A stretch of 64,000 nt of DNA from a virus. The stretch is taken from the IMG/VR virus record IMGVR_UViG_3300024344_002756; one strand, given 5' to 3'. Of this stretch, positions 47,439 to 57,493 are shown in pieces (positions within the stretch are counted from its first letter, which is position 1; every line of letters begins with the position of its first letter). A model generated the notes under the pieces. The model was not told the DNA's origin. It worked only from the letters and a program-made list of their open reading frames with translations, and ran no database searches. Both the position numbers and the translations under genes were made by a program.

Positions 47439-48151
47439 TGCTTGGAATAAAAAAAGCTTATTGTCTTTGTTTAGATAAAAGAGAAGAACACTGGCTTGAT
47501 CTAAAGCGACAATGTGAATCTAAGGGTTTAGAATTCAATCGGTTTCTTGTAGGAAAAGGCGAGGTTTTTAACCCAGAGGATTACGATAGACTGGACACAG
47601 CAATGCCAGAAGGTTTGCAATGGGGATATGGTGGTCACGAAAAAGACACTCCTGAAGAAGTTAGTAGAAAAAAAGCCCACCATTACAACGCTTTTGTTTC
47701 TCATCAAGCAATGGCAAAAAAAGCCCTAGAAGATGGCGACGAAAAGGTTTTGTTTCTAGAAGACGATGCTTATTTTACCGAAAGGTTTGACGAGGTAATT
47801 GAGAAATCTAAAGAGAAAATAGAAAACCTAGATTATGACATATTGTATTTAGGTTGGTGGATTGGGGATGAAGGAGATGATTTTAACAACACGGTAGAAA
47901 ACACTTGGAAAGAAGAGAAACTACCAGCAATTGGAAAAGCATTCAGAATTGCGGGACTGCACGGCATTATATTCTCAAGAAAGATGTTGGATATAATTAC
48001 ACGACTTACCCCTATTAATCCTGTAGACTCTCAACTAGCTAAATTTTTTCATGACAAAATAAACTCTTATTTTATAGCTCCAAAAATCATACACGACAAA
48101 GGTATTTTTAGTGAGTGCGAACAAAGTGTAACTACGAGGCATAAGCTGTGA
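47438..48151 (+). CDS. GT25 glycosyltransferase
   Basis: YCLCLDKR, SHQAMAKKAL, FLEDDA. Confidence 0.78.
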   Translation: MLGIKKAYCLCLDKREEHWLDLKRQCESKGLEFNRFLVGKGEVFNPEDYDRLDTAMPEGLQWGYGGHEKDTPEEVSRKKAHHYNAFVSHQAMAKKALEDGDEKVLFLEDDAYFTERFDEVIEKSKEKIENLDYDILYLGWWIGDEGDDFNNTVENTWKEEKLPAIGKAFRIAGLHGIIFSRKMLDIITRLTPINPVDSQLAKFFHDKINSYFIAPKIIHDKGIFSECEQSVTTRHKL

Positions 48152-49524
48152 TTAAGTTAATCGTTTTTGATCTTGATGGAGTTTTAGTAGAAGCCAGAGA
48201 TATACATTATCTAGCCCTTAATGATGCTCTAGCTAATATGGACGAAAGCTATGTAATAAGTAGAGAAGAGCATTTGTCCAGTTACGATGGTTTACCAACC
48301 TCTAAGAAGCTAATGAAGCTTTCTAAGGAAAAAGGTCTCCCAGTTTCATTTCATAAACATGTCTGGAAAGAAAAACAAAAAGCTACAGAGAGAGTAATCT
48401 CAAGCAAAATTAAACCGCAAGATCATGTGGGTATTGCAATGACCCTAAGAAGATTAAAATCGGAAGGTTACAAAATATACTGTGCTTCAAACTCTATAAG
48501 ATCTAGTGTTAAGCTGATGCTTCTTAAAGCTGGTTATTTAGAATACATTGACGAATACCTATCTAATGAAGACGTAAAGCACCCAAAGCCACACTCTGAA
48601 ATTTATCTAAAGTGCATGATTCATGCTGGAGTTAATCCTCAAGAATGTTTGATAGTAGAAGATTCGCATATAGGAAGAGAAGCTGCTGCAAAATCCGGTG
48701 CTTTTGTAATGGGTGTTAGAAATTTAAAAGATGTAATCCCTATAAAAGTACTGGACGCAATTGATGAAGCAAACAAAAAGCAAAAACCGATTGCACCTAA
48801 ATGGCAGGGCGGTAAAATGAAAGTTTTGATACCAATGGCTGGAGCTGGGTCTAGGTTTGAAAAAGCTGGATACACATTTCCAAAACCCCTAATTGAGGTT
48901 AATGGAAAGCCAATGATTCAAGTTGTTGTTGAAAACCTAAATATAGAAGCAGAACACATATTCATAGTCCAAAAAGAACATTATGAAAAATACAATTTAC
49001 GATATTTACTAAACCTCATATCTCCAGACTGTAAAATAGTTCAAGTAGATGGAATGACAGAAGGTGCTGCCTGCACGACCCTTCTTGCCGAGCAGTATAT
49101 TAATAATGATGAGCCTTTGTTGGTTGCCAATTCTGATCAATTTGTGGACTGGAATAGTAATGAATTTTTATATTCCATGCAGGCAGACGAAGTAGACGCT
49201 GGAATACTTACGTTTGAATCTATTCATCCTAAATGGAGCTTTGCCAAACTTGGTGAGGATGGGTTTGTATCTGAAGTAGCAGAAAAGAAACCAATTAGCA
49301 ATAAAGCTACTGTTGGTATTTACTACTGGTCTAAAGGCAGTGACTATGTAAGATACGCTAACCAAATGATATATAAAAACAAGAGAGTCAATAATGAATT
49401 TTACGTATGTCCAATTTTTAATGAAGCTATAGAAGATGGTAAAAAAATCAAAACATTTGATATAGACAAAATGTGGGGACTTGGCACACCAGAAGACTTG
49501 GAGGTATTTTTAAATGGCACTTAA
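48148..49524 (+). CDS. HAD phosphatase fused to a nucleotidyltransferase
   Basis: N-terminal FDLDGVL, ASNS, KPHSEIY, VEDS; C-terminal IPMAGAGSRF...PKPLI, NSDQ, GLGTPEDL. Confidence 0.88.
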   Translation: MIKLIVFDLDGVLVEARDIHYLALNDALANMDESYVISREEHLSSYDGLPTSKKLMKLSKEKGLPVSFHKHVWKEKQKATERVISSKIKPQDHVGIAMTLRRLKSEGYKIYCASNSIRSSVKLMLLKAGYLEYIDEYLSNEDVKHPKPHSEIYLKCMIHAGVNPQECLIVEDSHIGREAAAKSGAFVMGVRNLKDVIPIKVLDAIDEANKKQKPIAPKWQGGKMKVLIPMAGAGSRFEKAGYTFPKPLIEVNGKPMIQVVVENLNIEAEHIFIVQKEHYEKYNLRYLLNLISPDCKIVQVDGMTEGAACTTLLAEQYINNDEPLLVANSDQFVDWNSNEFLYSMQADEVDAGILTFESIHPKWSFAKLGEDGFVSEVAEKKPISNKATVGIYYWSKGSDYVRYANQMIYKNKRVNNEFYVCPIFNEAIEDGKKIKTFDIDKMWGLGTPEDLEVFLNGT

Positions 49525-50197
49525 AATTTTCATTGGCTGGGATTCTAGAGAGGTAAATGCCTACAAAGTTTGCGTAGAATCTTTACTAAAGCACTCTTCA
49601 GAAGAGCTTGATATTACGCCTATCGTAAGAGAAAACCTCATGGATACGGGTGAGTATTTTAGAGAGCAGCCAGAGGCAGGTTCTGTAGAATTTACCTATA
49701 CTCGATTTTTAACGCCTTACTTGGCTGAATACAAAGATTGGGCATTATTTATAGATTGTGATTTTTTGTTTACGCAAGATGTAGCTAAATTGTTCAGTTT
49801 TGCAAACGATAAATACGCATTAATGTGTGCTAAACATGATTATGTTCCTAAAAACTCAGTCAAAATGGACGGGCAAAAGCAAGTTGCTTACCCTAGAAAA
49901 AATTGGTCTAGCTGCATTTTGTGGAATTGTGGACATCCAATGAATAGTCTTTTAACCCCAAAAACCACAAGTGAATGGACAGGTGCTTATCTTCATCGCT
50001 TTATGTTTCTAAAAGATAATATGATTGGTGAAATTCCAATAGAGTGGAACTGGCTAGAAGGTGAGTATAATAAAGAAGAATTTGAAGACACATACAAAAG
50101 ACCACCTTCTGCTATCCACTTTACAAATGGAGGGCCGTGGTTTGATAATTGGCAAGATGTAGACTATGCAGATTTGTGGAGAAGCTATTCATCATGA
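49514..50197 (+). CDS. GT8-related glycosyltransferase
   Basis: IFIGWDSRE, FTYTRFL, FIDCDFL, YPRKNWSS, HFTNGGPW. Confidence 0.8.
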   Translation: MALKIFIGWDSREVNAYKVCVESLLKHSSEELDITPIVRENLMDTGEYFREQPEAGSVEFTYTRFLTPYLAEYKDWALFIDCDFLFTQDVAKLFSFANDKYALMCAKHDYVPKNSVKMDGQKQVAYPRKNWSSCILWNCGHPMNSLLTPKTTSEWTGAYLHRFMFLKDNMIGEIPIEWNWLEGEYNKEEFEDTYKRPPSAIHFTNGGPWFDNWQDVDYADLWRSYSS

Positions 50198-50976
50198 TAC
50201 TATACGTTACCTCGTTTAATGAAAATCTTTTTAACGCTACCGGCAAAAAAATGCTAGAGTCTTTTGTTTATGTAAAAACAGAAGGTCACATGCTTGCAAC
50301 TTACGAAGGTAACGTTGATTTACCAAAACACAGAAAAATTACCCCATGCTCATTAGATGACAACTCGTTTTTGCATGACTGGCTGGAAGACAACGCCGAT
50401 GTAATACCAAAAGAACTTGGTGGTGAGTTTTCTGGAGAAATGGATAAATACAATTTTAGAGCAAGTCAATGGTTTAGAAAAATAGTAGCGCTCAAGGAAG
50501 CGTTAAAATATAAGGATGATTACGAAGCGGTTGTATTTGTAGACTCCGATGTTAGATTCAAACGCAAGCTTACAGAAGAGTTTATGCTATCTATGTTTGG
50601 TGATACCGCAATGTTTTATCACCTTGGGCCTTTTAGAGAAGAAGCAGACGCAGGAATAGAGTCTGGGTTTATAGGATTTCACATGAAGAATGGCGGTGTT
50701 GATTTTCTAGAAACTGTATTTTCTAAGTTTAAAGACAAGAGCTATAGAGAATATAGACGTTGGGATGATAGTTATGTGTTCCACAATACCGTCAAAGAAA
50801 GATCAGATCTAAAATATACGGACGTAGTTCCTGTTTTTAGTAGAGAAGAAATGATGAAGCCCGGAGCTGGTGGTTGTGGTCATGTAATTCACCGTGGGCC
50901 TTTTGCTCCATATCTAAAACATCTCAAGGGTGTTCACTGGCAAAAACATGGGGTCGAATTTAAAGATGAAGCCTAG
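50194..50976 (+). CDS. Putative GT-A glycosyltransferase
   Basis: WFRKIVAL, FVDSD DxD motif, ESGFIGF, WDD, HLKG. Confidence 0.6.
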   Translation: MILYVTSFNENLFNATGKKMLESFVYVKTEGHMLATYEGNVDLPKHRKITPCSLDDNSFLHDWLEDNADVIPKELGGEFSGEMDKYNFRASQWFRKIVALKEALKYKDDYEAVVFVDSDVRFKRKLTEEFMLSMFGDTAMFYHLGPFREEADAGIESGFIGFHMKNGGVDFLETVFSKFKDKSYREYRRWDDSYVFHNTVKERSDLKYTDVVPVFSREEMMKPGAGGCGHVIHRGPFAPYLKHLKGVHWQKHGVEFKDEA

Positions 50977-51748
50977 AGTAACCTTTTTAGTTGCAGATAC
51001 TAAACTTAAATCTCATAAAGCCGCCCACATTTTTAAAAAAGGCTATGGGCGCTGCAACATAATGCTTTCTGACGAATGGGTAAAATATTCAAAACAAGGA
51101 ATATATCCAAAAGACTTAGCTACTTATGGAATACTAATTGGTCAATATAACGACAAAGGAGAGTTTATAAAAAGAGCCAGAAAGAAATCCAAAAACTTTT
51201 GGCATATTGATCATGGATATTTCCTTAGATCCTCATCGACAACTTCTTTTGATGGTTATTTTAGAATAGTCAGAAATAATTTGTGGAACGATGTATCCGA
51301 AAAAGACCATTCTTGGGATAGGTTCAATTCCTTCAATATAAAAATGAAAGACTTAAGAAAAAATGGAAATCACATAGTAATAATAAAACCGTCTGTTTAT
51401 ATGACAAAATACTTTCCTATTCTAGATGACTGGCTTGGCACAACAATCAACAATCTTAAACAGCACACAGATAGGAAAATAGTAGTGTCAACAAAGAATG
51501 ACAATCCTTTATCTGAGTGCCTGAAAGATGCTTGGTGTGTCGTAACGGATCATTCAAACGCAGGTATTGAATCTATGATTAATGGAATACCTGCAATATT
51601 CACAAATGAAACTAGAAAAAATGGAGAGCTGTCTCAGGTAGAAGACCCACCTTTTGACAGAAGTTTTTTTAAAGATTTAGCTCATTGTCAATGGAACACA
51701 GAAGAAATTATGGGAGGTGACCCTTGGGAAGATACAACAAGTTACTAG
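50966..51748 (+). CDS. Capsule-polysaccharide-synthesis-like (GT-B) protein
   Basis: IDHGYF, LKDAWCVVTDHSNAGIESMINGIPAI. Confidence 0.55.
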   Translation: MKPRVTFLVADTKLKSHKAAHIFKKGYGRCNIMLSDEWVKYSKQGIYPKDLATYGILIGQYNDKGEFIKRARKKSKNFWHIDHGYFLRSSSTTSFDGYFRIVRNNLWNDVSEKDHSWDRFNSFNIKMKDLRKNGNHIVIIKPSVYMTKYFPILDDWLGTTINNLKQHTDRKIVVSTKNDNPLSECLKDAWCVVTDHSNAGIESMINGIPAIFTNETRKNGELSQVEDPPFDRSFFKDLAHCQWNTEEIMGGDPWEDTTSY

Positions 51749-52287
51749 AAGAAGTAGCAAAGCGACAACCAAAAACAATAGTAGAAGTAGGCACTCATAT
51801 GGGAATGAGTGCTGTTCGCATGATTGAGGAAGCTCAAAAATTCAATGATGATGTCTTCTATTATGGATTTGATCTTTTTGAATACATGACTGAAGAATAT
51901 AAAAAATACGAATTTCATGGCAAAAGCAATTGTAATTTCGCAGAACCCACCAAGAAACTTAAAAAGACAGGATGTGAATATAAATTAAAGGGTGGTAATA
52001 CGAGGAAAACCCTTAAGAAGTTCGATCCAGACAGACAAATCGACTTTGTTTTTATTGATGGTGGCCATTCGGTAGAAACCATACAAAGCGACTGGGATAA
52101 TATTAAGAGACTGATGGACGACGAAACTGTAGTTATATTTGATGACTACTATGAAAACAGAGATGATGTGGGTTGTAAAAAAGTCATAGAAGAAATGTCT
52201 GAAGATTACAACGTGACCTTATTAGATCCAGTAGATTATATCGAGAAGAATGATCTATACATAAGGTTTGTAAAGGTAACCAAATGA
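51724..52287 (+). CDS. Class I SAM methyltransferase (Methyltransf_24-like)
   Basis: VEVGTHMG, YGFDLF, FIDGGHS, IFDDY. Confidence 0.85.
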   Translation: MGRYNKLLEEVAKRQPKTIVEVGTHMGMSAVRMIEEAQKFNDDVFYYGFDLFEYMTEEYKKYEFHGKSNCNFAEPTKKLKKTGCEYKLKGGNTRKTLKKFDPDRQIDFVFIDGGHSVETIQSDWDNIKRLMDDETVVIFDDYYENRDDVGCKKVIEEMSEDYNVTLLDPVDYIEKNDLYIRFVKVTK

Positions 52288-53324
52288 AAAAGGGAGTCAT
52301 GTGGATTGGTAGAAAGGGAAGGTCTGTAGAGTCAATAGGCTTTGCTGACAAGCAGTTCATTCAGTGGATATACAAAGAAACTCCCTTTAACGTTCTTGCA
52401 GACACAGTTTATGACAGCACTCAATTTAGCATAAAACAAAATCGTTTGTACTTCAGGGATTCTTTGTTAAGAATGTCTGATTACGACACAGCCATATTTT
52501 CCTTTAATGCAGAATGGATAACTAAAGAAAACTATAAAAAAATAGAAGAGGTTTATTACTGGATAAAAGAAAATACCGAATGTGAAATAATCAATAAGCT
52601 ACCAGACTTTAAAAGAGATGCACAGAAAGAAAAATACTTTAGCCAACTTAAAATAAACAATATACAAGTTCCAAACTACAGCATAATAAACAAAAAAGAA
52701 GACCTGCTAGGGGTAAAGTTTCCCTATATAATAAAGTTCAATAATATTCACCAATGGAAAAAGGTTCACAATATTGAAGAGGCTGAAAAATATTATAAGT
52801 TATTATCTGAATCCTTAAGGAAAGATCAGTTACAGGAAGGATTAAAATATTATGAGAAATTTTCAGACATAAAATTTTCTTCCTTGCGGTATGACACAAA
52901 GATAATTGCTGTGGAATTTATTGATAATTTTAATGGCAAGTATTGCTCTGCTTCATCCGTGTCTTTTATTAAAGGGGAAATGTTTTATCAGTACAGTCTT
53001 TGCTGCCCTGAAAGAGGAGTGGACGCTATTCATATAGCAGACGTAACTAACTTTGATTTTTTTAGAGCTGGCCAGTTAGAGCTAGAGGAAGTTATCAATT
53101 CCAATAAAGAGGCTTTCAAAAGAGTTGCGAGATTGTCTTTAGACACCGCAAAAATAGACTTCTTGATTGTTGATGGAAAACCTGTGTTCTTAGAACAAGG
53201 GTTAAAATTTGGAACATCGTTTAATGCAATCAGGTCTCTAGAGTCACATTACCCTAAGATGAAAGAAAAACGTTCGCATCAAAATATGTTAAATATGATA
53301 TCAAGGAGATCTCATGGGTCATAA
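52284..53324 (+). CDS. ATP-grasp-fold ligase-like protein
   Basis: FPYIIK, AVEFID, AKIDFLIVDGKPVFLE. Confidence 0.6.
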   Translation: MKKGVMWIGRKGRSVESIGFADKQFIQWIYKETPFNVLADTVYDSTQFSIKQNRLYFRDSLLRMSDYDTAIFSFNAEWITKENYKKIEEVYYWIKENTECEIINKLPDFKRDAQKEKYFSQLKINNIQVPNYSIINKKEDLLGVKFPYIIKFNNIHQWKKVHNIEEAEKYYKLLSESLRKDQLQEGLKYYEKFSDIKFSSLRYDTKIIAVEFIDNFNGKYCSASSVSFIKGEMFYQYSLCCPERGVDAIHIADVTNFDFFRAGQLELEEVINSNKEAFKRVARLSLDTAKIDFLIVDGKPVFLEQGLKFGTSFNAIRSLESHYPKMKEKRSHQNMLNMISRRSHGS

Positions 53325-53691
53325 AACACTAACTGGCGCTATTCAAGGAAAGTTTTGGGGAACAACAAGATGCTTCTTTGAAAATTGCTCATCTGAAGTT
53401 CATTACATAGAAGCAAATAAAGGCGGTTTCTGCTCTAGGCATCATCATGCAAATAAATGGAACAGATTTATTGTGCTAGAAGGAGCTTTGAAGGTTATAA
53501 TATATAAGCAGGATAGTGAAGATGAGACAATATTAACTGATGGTATGTTTTCAGATGTTCCTCCCGGTGTAGATCATCGCTTTGAAGCCTTGGAAAACAC
53601 TAAGGCTTTGGAAGTTTATTGGGTTGATGGACTTGATCCTTCTGACATAGTGAGAAAAGACTCCGGTGGACTTAAAGCTGAAAATAAATAA
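53314..53691 (+). CDS. Cupin-fold protein (possible sugar isomerase/epimerase)
   Basis: KFWG, CSRHHH..KWNRFIVLEG, VPPGVDHRF. Confidence 0.78.
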   Translation: MGHKTLTGAIQGKFWGTTRCFFENCSSEVHYIEANKGGFCSRHHHANKWNRFIVLEGALKVIIYKQDSEDETILTDGMFSDVPPGVDHRFEALENTKALEVYWVDGLDPSDIVRKDSGGLKAENK

Positions 53692-54325
53692 ACCAATTTT
53701 AGTCGTTGGTTCTGGATTTTCAGGAAAGGTAAACACAGAAGATTTTTTTGTTTTGTGTAGCGGAAAATCCCTATACTCTTTGGATTATGCAGATGTTGTT
53801 ATCTCATTGGATTTAATTAGGATCATTCATAATATATCTAACTTTAGAAAGAGATGGGGAATTCACCTAGTACCACACAGAATAACAAACGAACAATGGT
53901 TTGGTAGATCAAGTGGAATAATGCAAAGAGAGTCTGGAGAAGTTGTTTATTTGAAAAGTCCAGTTCACTCCCTGATGTTTTGGAGACCGGATGAGTTTGT
54001 CTACCTTAATGAAACAAAGGGGCGATTTGATAAACTGAATATCTGTTGTGATTCACTTTCATATGAAGATGCAAATAAAATAATAAACTTCCCAAGGTTT
54101 AAAGTTAAAAAATTTTTACGAGAAGATACGGTTAGCTACAGTGATTTTGGAAATAAGGATGGTGTCTTAAGAAATAACTCTAGTAGTATACATTTAATAT
54201 TAAATTTACTATGGTTAAATAAAGTTAATAAGATATATACTTTGGGGGTAACAGAAGATCACTATAGCTGGAATGTAACAAAGCGTCTTATGGATATGTA
54301 CAACATTAGTTATGAGAGGTTATAA
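53666..54325 (+). CDS. Hypothetical protein (possible glycosyltransferase-like Rossmann domain)
   Basis: ILVVGSGFS N-terminus; SSSIHLIL...IYTLG C-terminus. Confidence 0.5.
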   Translation: MDLKLKINKPILVVGSGFSGKVNTEDFFVLCSGKSLYSLDYADVVISLDLIRIIHNISNFRKRWGIHLVPHRITNEQWFGRSSGIMQRESGEVVYLKSPVHSLMFWRPDEFVYLNETKGRFDKLNICCDSLSYEDANKIINFPRFKVKKFLREDTVSYSDFGNKDGVLRNNSSSIHLILNLLWLNKVNKIYTLGVTEDHYSWNVTKRLMDMYNISYERL

Positions 54326-54326
54326 A

Positions 54327-54800
54327 ATGTTATTTATCTCACACCGAGGAAACACGAATGGCCCAAAGTCATCGTTGGAGAATACCGAGGGATACATTAA
54401 AGCGGCTCTGAATAAGCGTTACTTTGTTGAAGTAGATGTCTGGAAAATTAAAGACAATTGGTTCTTAGGACATGACGGGCCACAATATGCAACGACCGAA
54501 GAATTCATTTCTCAGCCATTTTTGCTTCTTCATGCAAAGAACCTAGAAGCTTTTAAGTCAATGCTTAGCTTAGAATTACATTGCTTTTGGCATCAAGAGG
54601 ACTTTTACACACTAACAAGTCGTGGGATTATTATAAGTTATCCGGGTTATGCTTCAGGCGAAGATACAATTTGTATGCAACCTGAGTTACTATCTATGGA
54701 CACGGTCTCTAATGCGTATGCAATATGCTCTGACTATGTTGATTTATTTAAAAATATAAAAAAAGAAGAAAGATCAATTGGCTTTAATGAAACACGATGA
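54327..54800 (+). CDS. Small GDPD/PLC-like phosphodiesterase-fold protein
   Basis: ISHRGN, ENT, VEVDVW, LGHD, HAKN, ICSDY. Confidence 0.65.
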   Translation: MLFISHRGNTNGPKSSLENTEGYIKAALNKRYFVEVDVWKIKDNWFLGHDGPQYATTEEFISQPFLLLHAKNLEAFKSMLSLELHCFWHQEDFYTLTSRGIIISYPGYASGEDTICMQPELLSMDTVSNAYAICSDYVDLFKNIKKEERSIGFNETR

Positions 54801-55590
54801 TGTAACTCTTGTTTTGCAAGGGCCAATAGAAAAAGGAAAGCTAGGAACCTACCTAGTTGCTGGAATGAAGAATTTAAAATATTATTCTGAAACAGCCAAA
54901 ACCATTATATCCACTTGGAAAGGAGCTGAACTAAAACCATCAAAAAGATTTCTAGCTAAATACAATATTGATATTATAGAAGCAAGCGAAGATCTTTATA
55001 AAAACATGTATCGTGATGCCAACATGAACTTTCAAGTAGCATCCACTCTAAATGGGCTAAAAAAAGTAAAAACTAAATATGTGATCAAGCTTAGATGCGA
55101 TGAATCTTTCAGTGACTTATCGAAATTTATACAAAAAATAAAAGACAATCCAGAAAAAATAGTTACAACAAACATATTCTTTAGCAAGAACAGTTATGAT
55201 CCGTTTCATCCATCGGATCATGTTATTGGCGGCACAACAGAAAATATGAAAAGCATGTTTGGTTATGCTTTTAAGGTTTGTCAAAAGGAAAACACAAACA
55301 AACGACTAAACGCAGATTATTTTGGAGTTCCAAATTTAATTAATCGTGATGGAGACAATGGGCTTTCTCCAGAAACATTTTTATGTTTTTGTTATTTGAT
55401 ATCTAAAGGTATTGCACTTGATCTCAATAAGAGTGTAGAAATAATGAAAGAAAACTATGAGATTGTACCCCTAGAAGACATGGGAAAATTTCATTGCAAA
55501 TATGACATATCAGTAATCGACAATACAAATTATGACTTTTATCTAAACAACCTGCCACAAAATTTCTTACGATCTATGAATGATCTATAA
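54787..55590 (+). CDS. wavE: WavE-like LPS synthesis protein
   Basis: LVLQGPI, IISTW, NFQVASTLNGL, YVIKLRCD, FHPSDH. Confidence 0.7.
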   Translation: MKHDDVTLVLQGPIEKGKLGTYLVAGMKNLKYYSETAKTIISTWKGAELKPSKRFLAKYNIDIIEASEDLYKNMYRDANMNFQVASTLNGLKKVKTKYVIKLRCDESFSDLSKFIQKIKDNPEKIVTTNIFFSKNSYDPFHPSDHVIGGTTENMKSMFGYAFKVCQKENTNKRLNADYFGVPNLINRDGDNGLSPETFLCFCYLISKGIALDLNKSVEIMKENYEIVPLEDMGKFHCKYDISVIDNTNYDFYLNNLPQNFLRSMNDL

Positions 55591-55607
55591 TTTATAAGGA
55601 CACAAGA

Positions 55608-56543
55608 ATGACAAAAATCTTAGTGACGGGAGGTGGCGGTTATGTTGGTAACGTTCTATGCCGACACCTTCTCGATAAAGGCTACAGAGTAAAGTGCGTT
55701 GACAACTTTCATAAGGGTCAATGCGATGCCATAATCCCATTAGCTACAAATCCTAACTTTGAATTTGAGTATGGGGATGTTACCGTTCTAGAACAAATGA
55801 AGGAGGCTGTTCTTGGGTGTGACGCTATTATTCATCTCGCTGCTATTGTTGGCTTTCCGGCTTGCAAATCCCAACCTGCGCTGGCTACGGCAGTAAATGT
55901 AGAAGGTACTAGAAACATGCTCTTCGCAAGAGCAGCTTATAACCCAGATATGCCTTTCGTTTACGCCTCCACAGGCAGCGTCTATGGCAAAGTAGAGGGT
56001 ATTTGCACAGAAGAGTCCCCACTGAACGCCGTGTCTCTGTACGGGCTAAATAAGCGCGTTGCAGAGGAGATGGTAGCCAGTCAAAACAACACTGTTTCTT
56101 TTAGGTTCGCTACTGGATTTGGTGTTAGCCCATGTATGCGGGTGAACTTGCTCGTAAACGACTTTGTTTATCAGTCCTTGACGAATGGTATTCTTACTAT
56201 TTTTCAAGCAGATTTTCGTAGAACATTTATCCATGTTAGAGATATGGCAAAAGCCTTTACTACGGGTGTTGAAAACATGGGAAATTGGAAACATAAGGTT
56301 TATAATTGTGGTGCTAATCACCTTAATTGGACAAAAAGAGAGCTTGCAGAATATGTAAAAAAGAAAACAAACTGCTTCGTTCATTATGAAGAAATTGGAA
56401 CAGACGCTGACCAAAGAGACTATGAAGTTAGCTATAATAAATTAGAGGATGAGGGCTTTGTATGTGATGTAGATATGAAGACAGGAATCAAAGAACTAAT
56501 CAAGGTAGCACCAATCTTACAAATAAGGCATCAGTATTCATGA
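55608..56543 (+). CDS. NDP-sugar epimerase/dehydratase (extended SDR)
   Basis: TGGGGYVG, HLAAIVG, ASTGSVYG, YGLNK, RTFIHVRD. Confidence 0.9.
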   Translation: MTKILVTGGGGYVGNVLCRHLLDKGYRVKCVDNFHKGQCDAIIPLATNPNFEFEYGDVTVLEQMKEAVLGCDAIIHLAAIVGFPACKSQPALATAVNVEGTRNMLFARAAYNPDMPFVYASTGSVYGKVEGICTEESPLNAVSLYGLNKRVAEEMVASQNNTVSFRFATGFGVSPCMRVNLLVNDFVYQSLTNGILTIFQADFRRTFIHVRDMAKAFTTGVENMGNWKHKVYNCGANHLNWTKRELAEYVKKKTNCFVHYEEIGTDADQRDYEVSYNKLEDEGFVCDVDMKTGIKELIKVAPILQIRHQYS

Positions 56544-57493
56544 TAGACATAAATGGTTCTAGAGTTTTAATTACTGGCGGTGAAGGTTTTCTTGGTTCAG
56601 CTATTGCTGCCAAAGTGAAAGAAAAGGGTGGCGAGCCAATAATCCTTAGACATAAAGAAGTTAATCTTCATGATCTAAATGCAACTATTCAGTTCTTAAC
56701 AACAGTAAAGCCTGATCTTTGTATTCATGCTGCTGGATACAATGGTGGTATAGAGTTTAATAGAATGTATCCTGCCGACATCTTTTATTCAAATACTGTG
56801 ATGGGATTGAACATTCATCATGCTTGTGAATATATTGGTGTAAAAAAAGTTCTATCAATTATGACATCATGTGCATATCCAGATACAGGAATGGATATAT
56901 TAAGCGAGGAGACGTTTTGGGATGGACTTCCCAACAAAACAATTAGAGCGCACGGTATAGCAAAAAGAACCTTGCAGATTGCAGCAGAAGCTTATAACGA
57001 TCAATATGAACTTAATGCAGCTACAGTTTGTGTTACAAATCTATACGGCCCAAATGACACATTTAACTTGGTTAGAACTAAGGTTGTTGGAGCTTTAATA
57101 AGAAAATTTGTAGAAGCTGTAATTGAGGAAGAAGATACGGTAGAGTGTTGGGGAACAGGCGCTCCGATGAGAGAATTTATGTATGTTTATGATGCAGCAG
57201 AAGCTATTATACAAGCTCTGGAAAAATACGATGATCCTTCTATACCCCTCAATATAGGAACGGGCAAAGACATCAGTATAAAAACTCTGGTAGAATATAT
57301 ATCTAAAGCCGTATCATACAAAGGCGAGGTTTTTTGGAATACGGAAAAACCTGATGGTCAAATGAAAAAACTACTTGATACAACTAGAATGAAAGACTAT
57401 GTAGAAATAGAATCCGTAGAAGTTGAAGAAGGCATAAAGCAAACTGTAGAATGGTACATAAACAATAAAGCAGAAGCAGATGCAAAAAAATAA
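56540..57493 (+). CDS. fcl: GDP-L-fucose synthase-like epimerase/reductase with altered catalytic residues
   Basis: GGIEFN..YPADI, TSCAYP, NLYGPND, WGTGAPMREFMYV, KPDGQ; HGIAK replaces YxxxK. Confidence 0.85.
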   Translation: MIDINGSRVLITGGEGFLGSAIAAKVKEKGGEPIILRHKEVNLHDLNATIQFLTTVKPDLCIHAAGYNGGIEFNRMYPADIFYSNTVMGLNIHHACEYIGVKKVLSIMTSCAYPDTGMDILSEETFWDGLPNKTIRAHGIAKRTLQIAAEAYNDQYELNAATVCVTNLYGPNDTFNLVRTKVVGALIRKFVEAVIEEEDTVECWGTGAPMREFMYVYDAAEAIIQALEKYDDPSIPLNIGTGKDISIKTLVEYISKAVSYKGEVFWNTEKPDGQMKKLLDTTRMKDYVEIESVEVEEGIKQTVEWYINNKAEADAKK

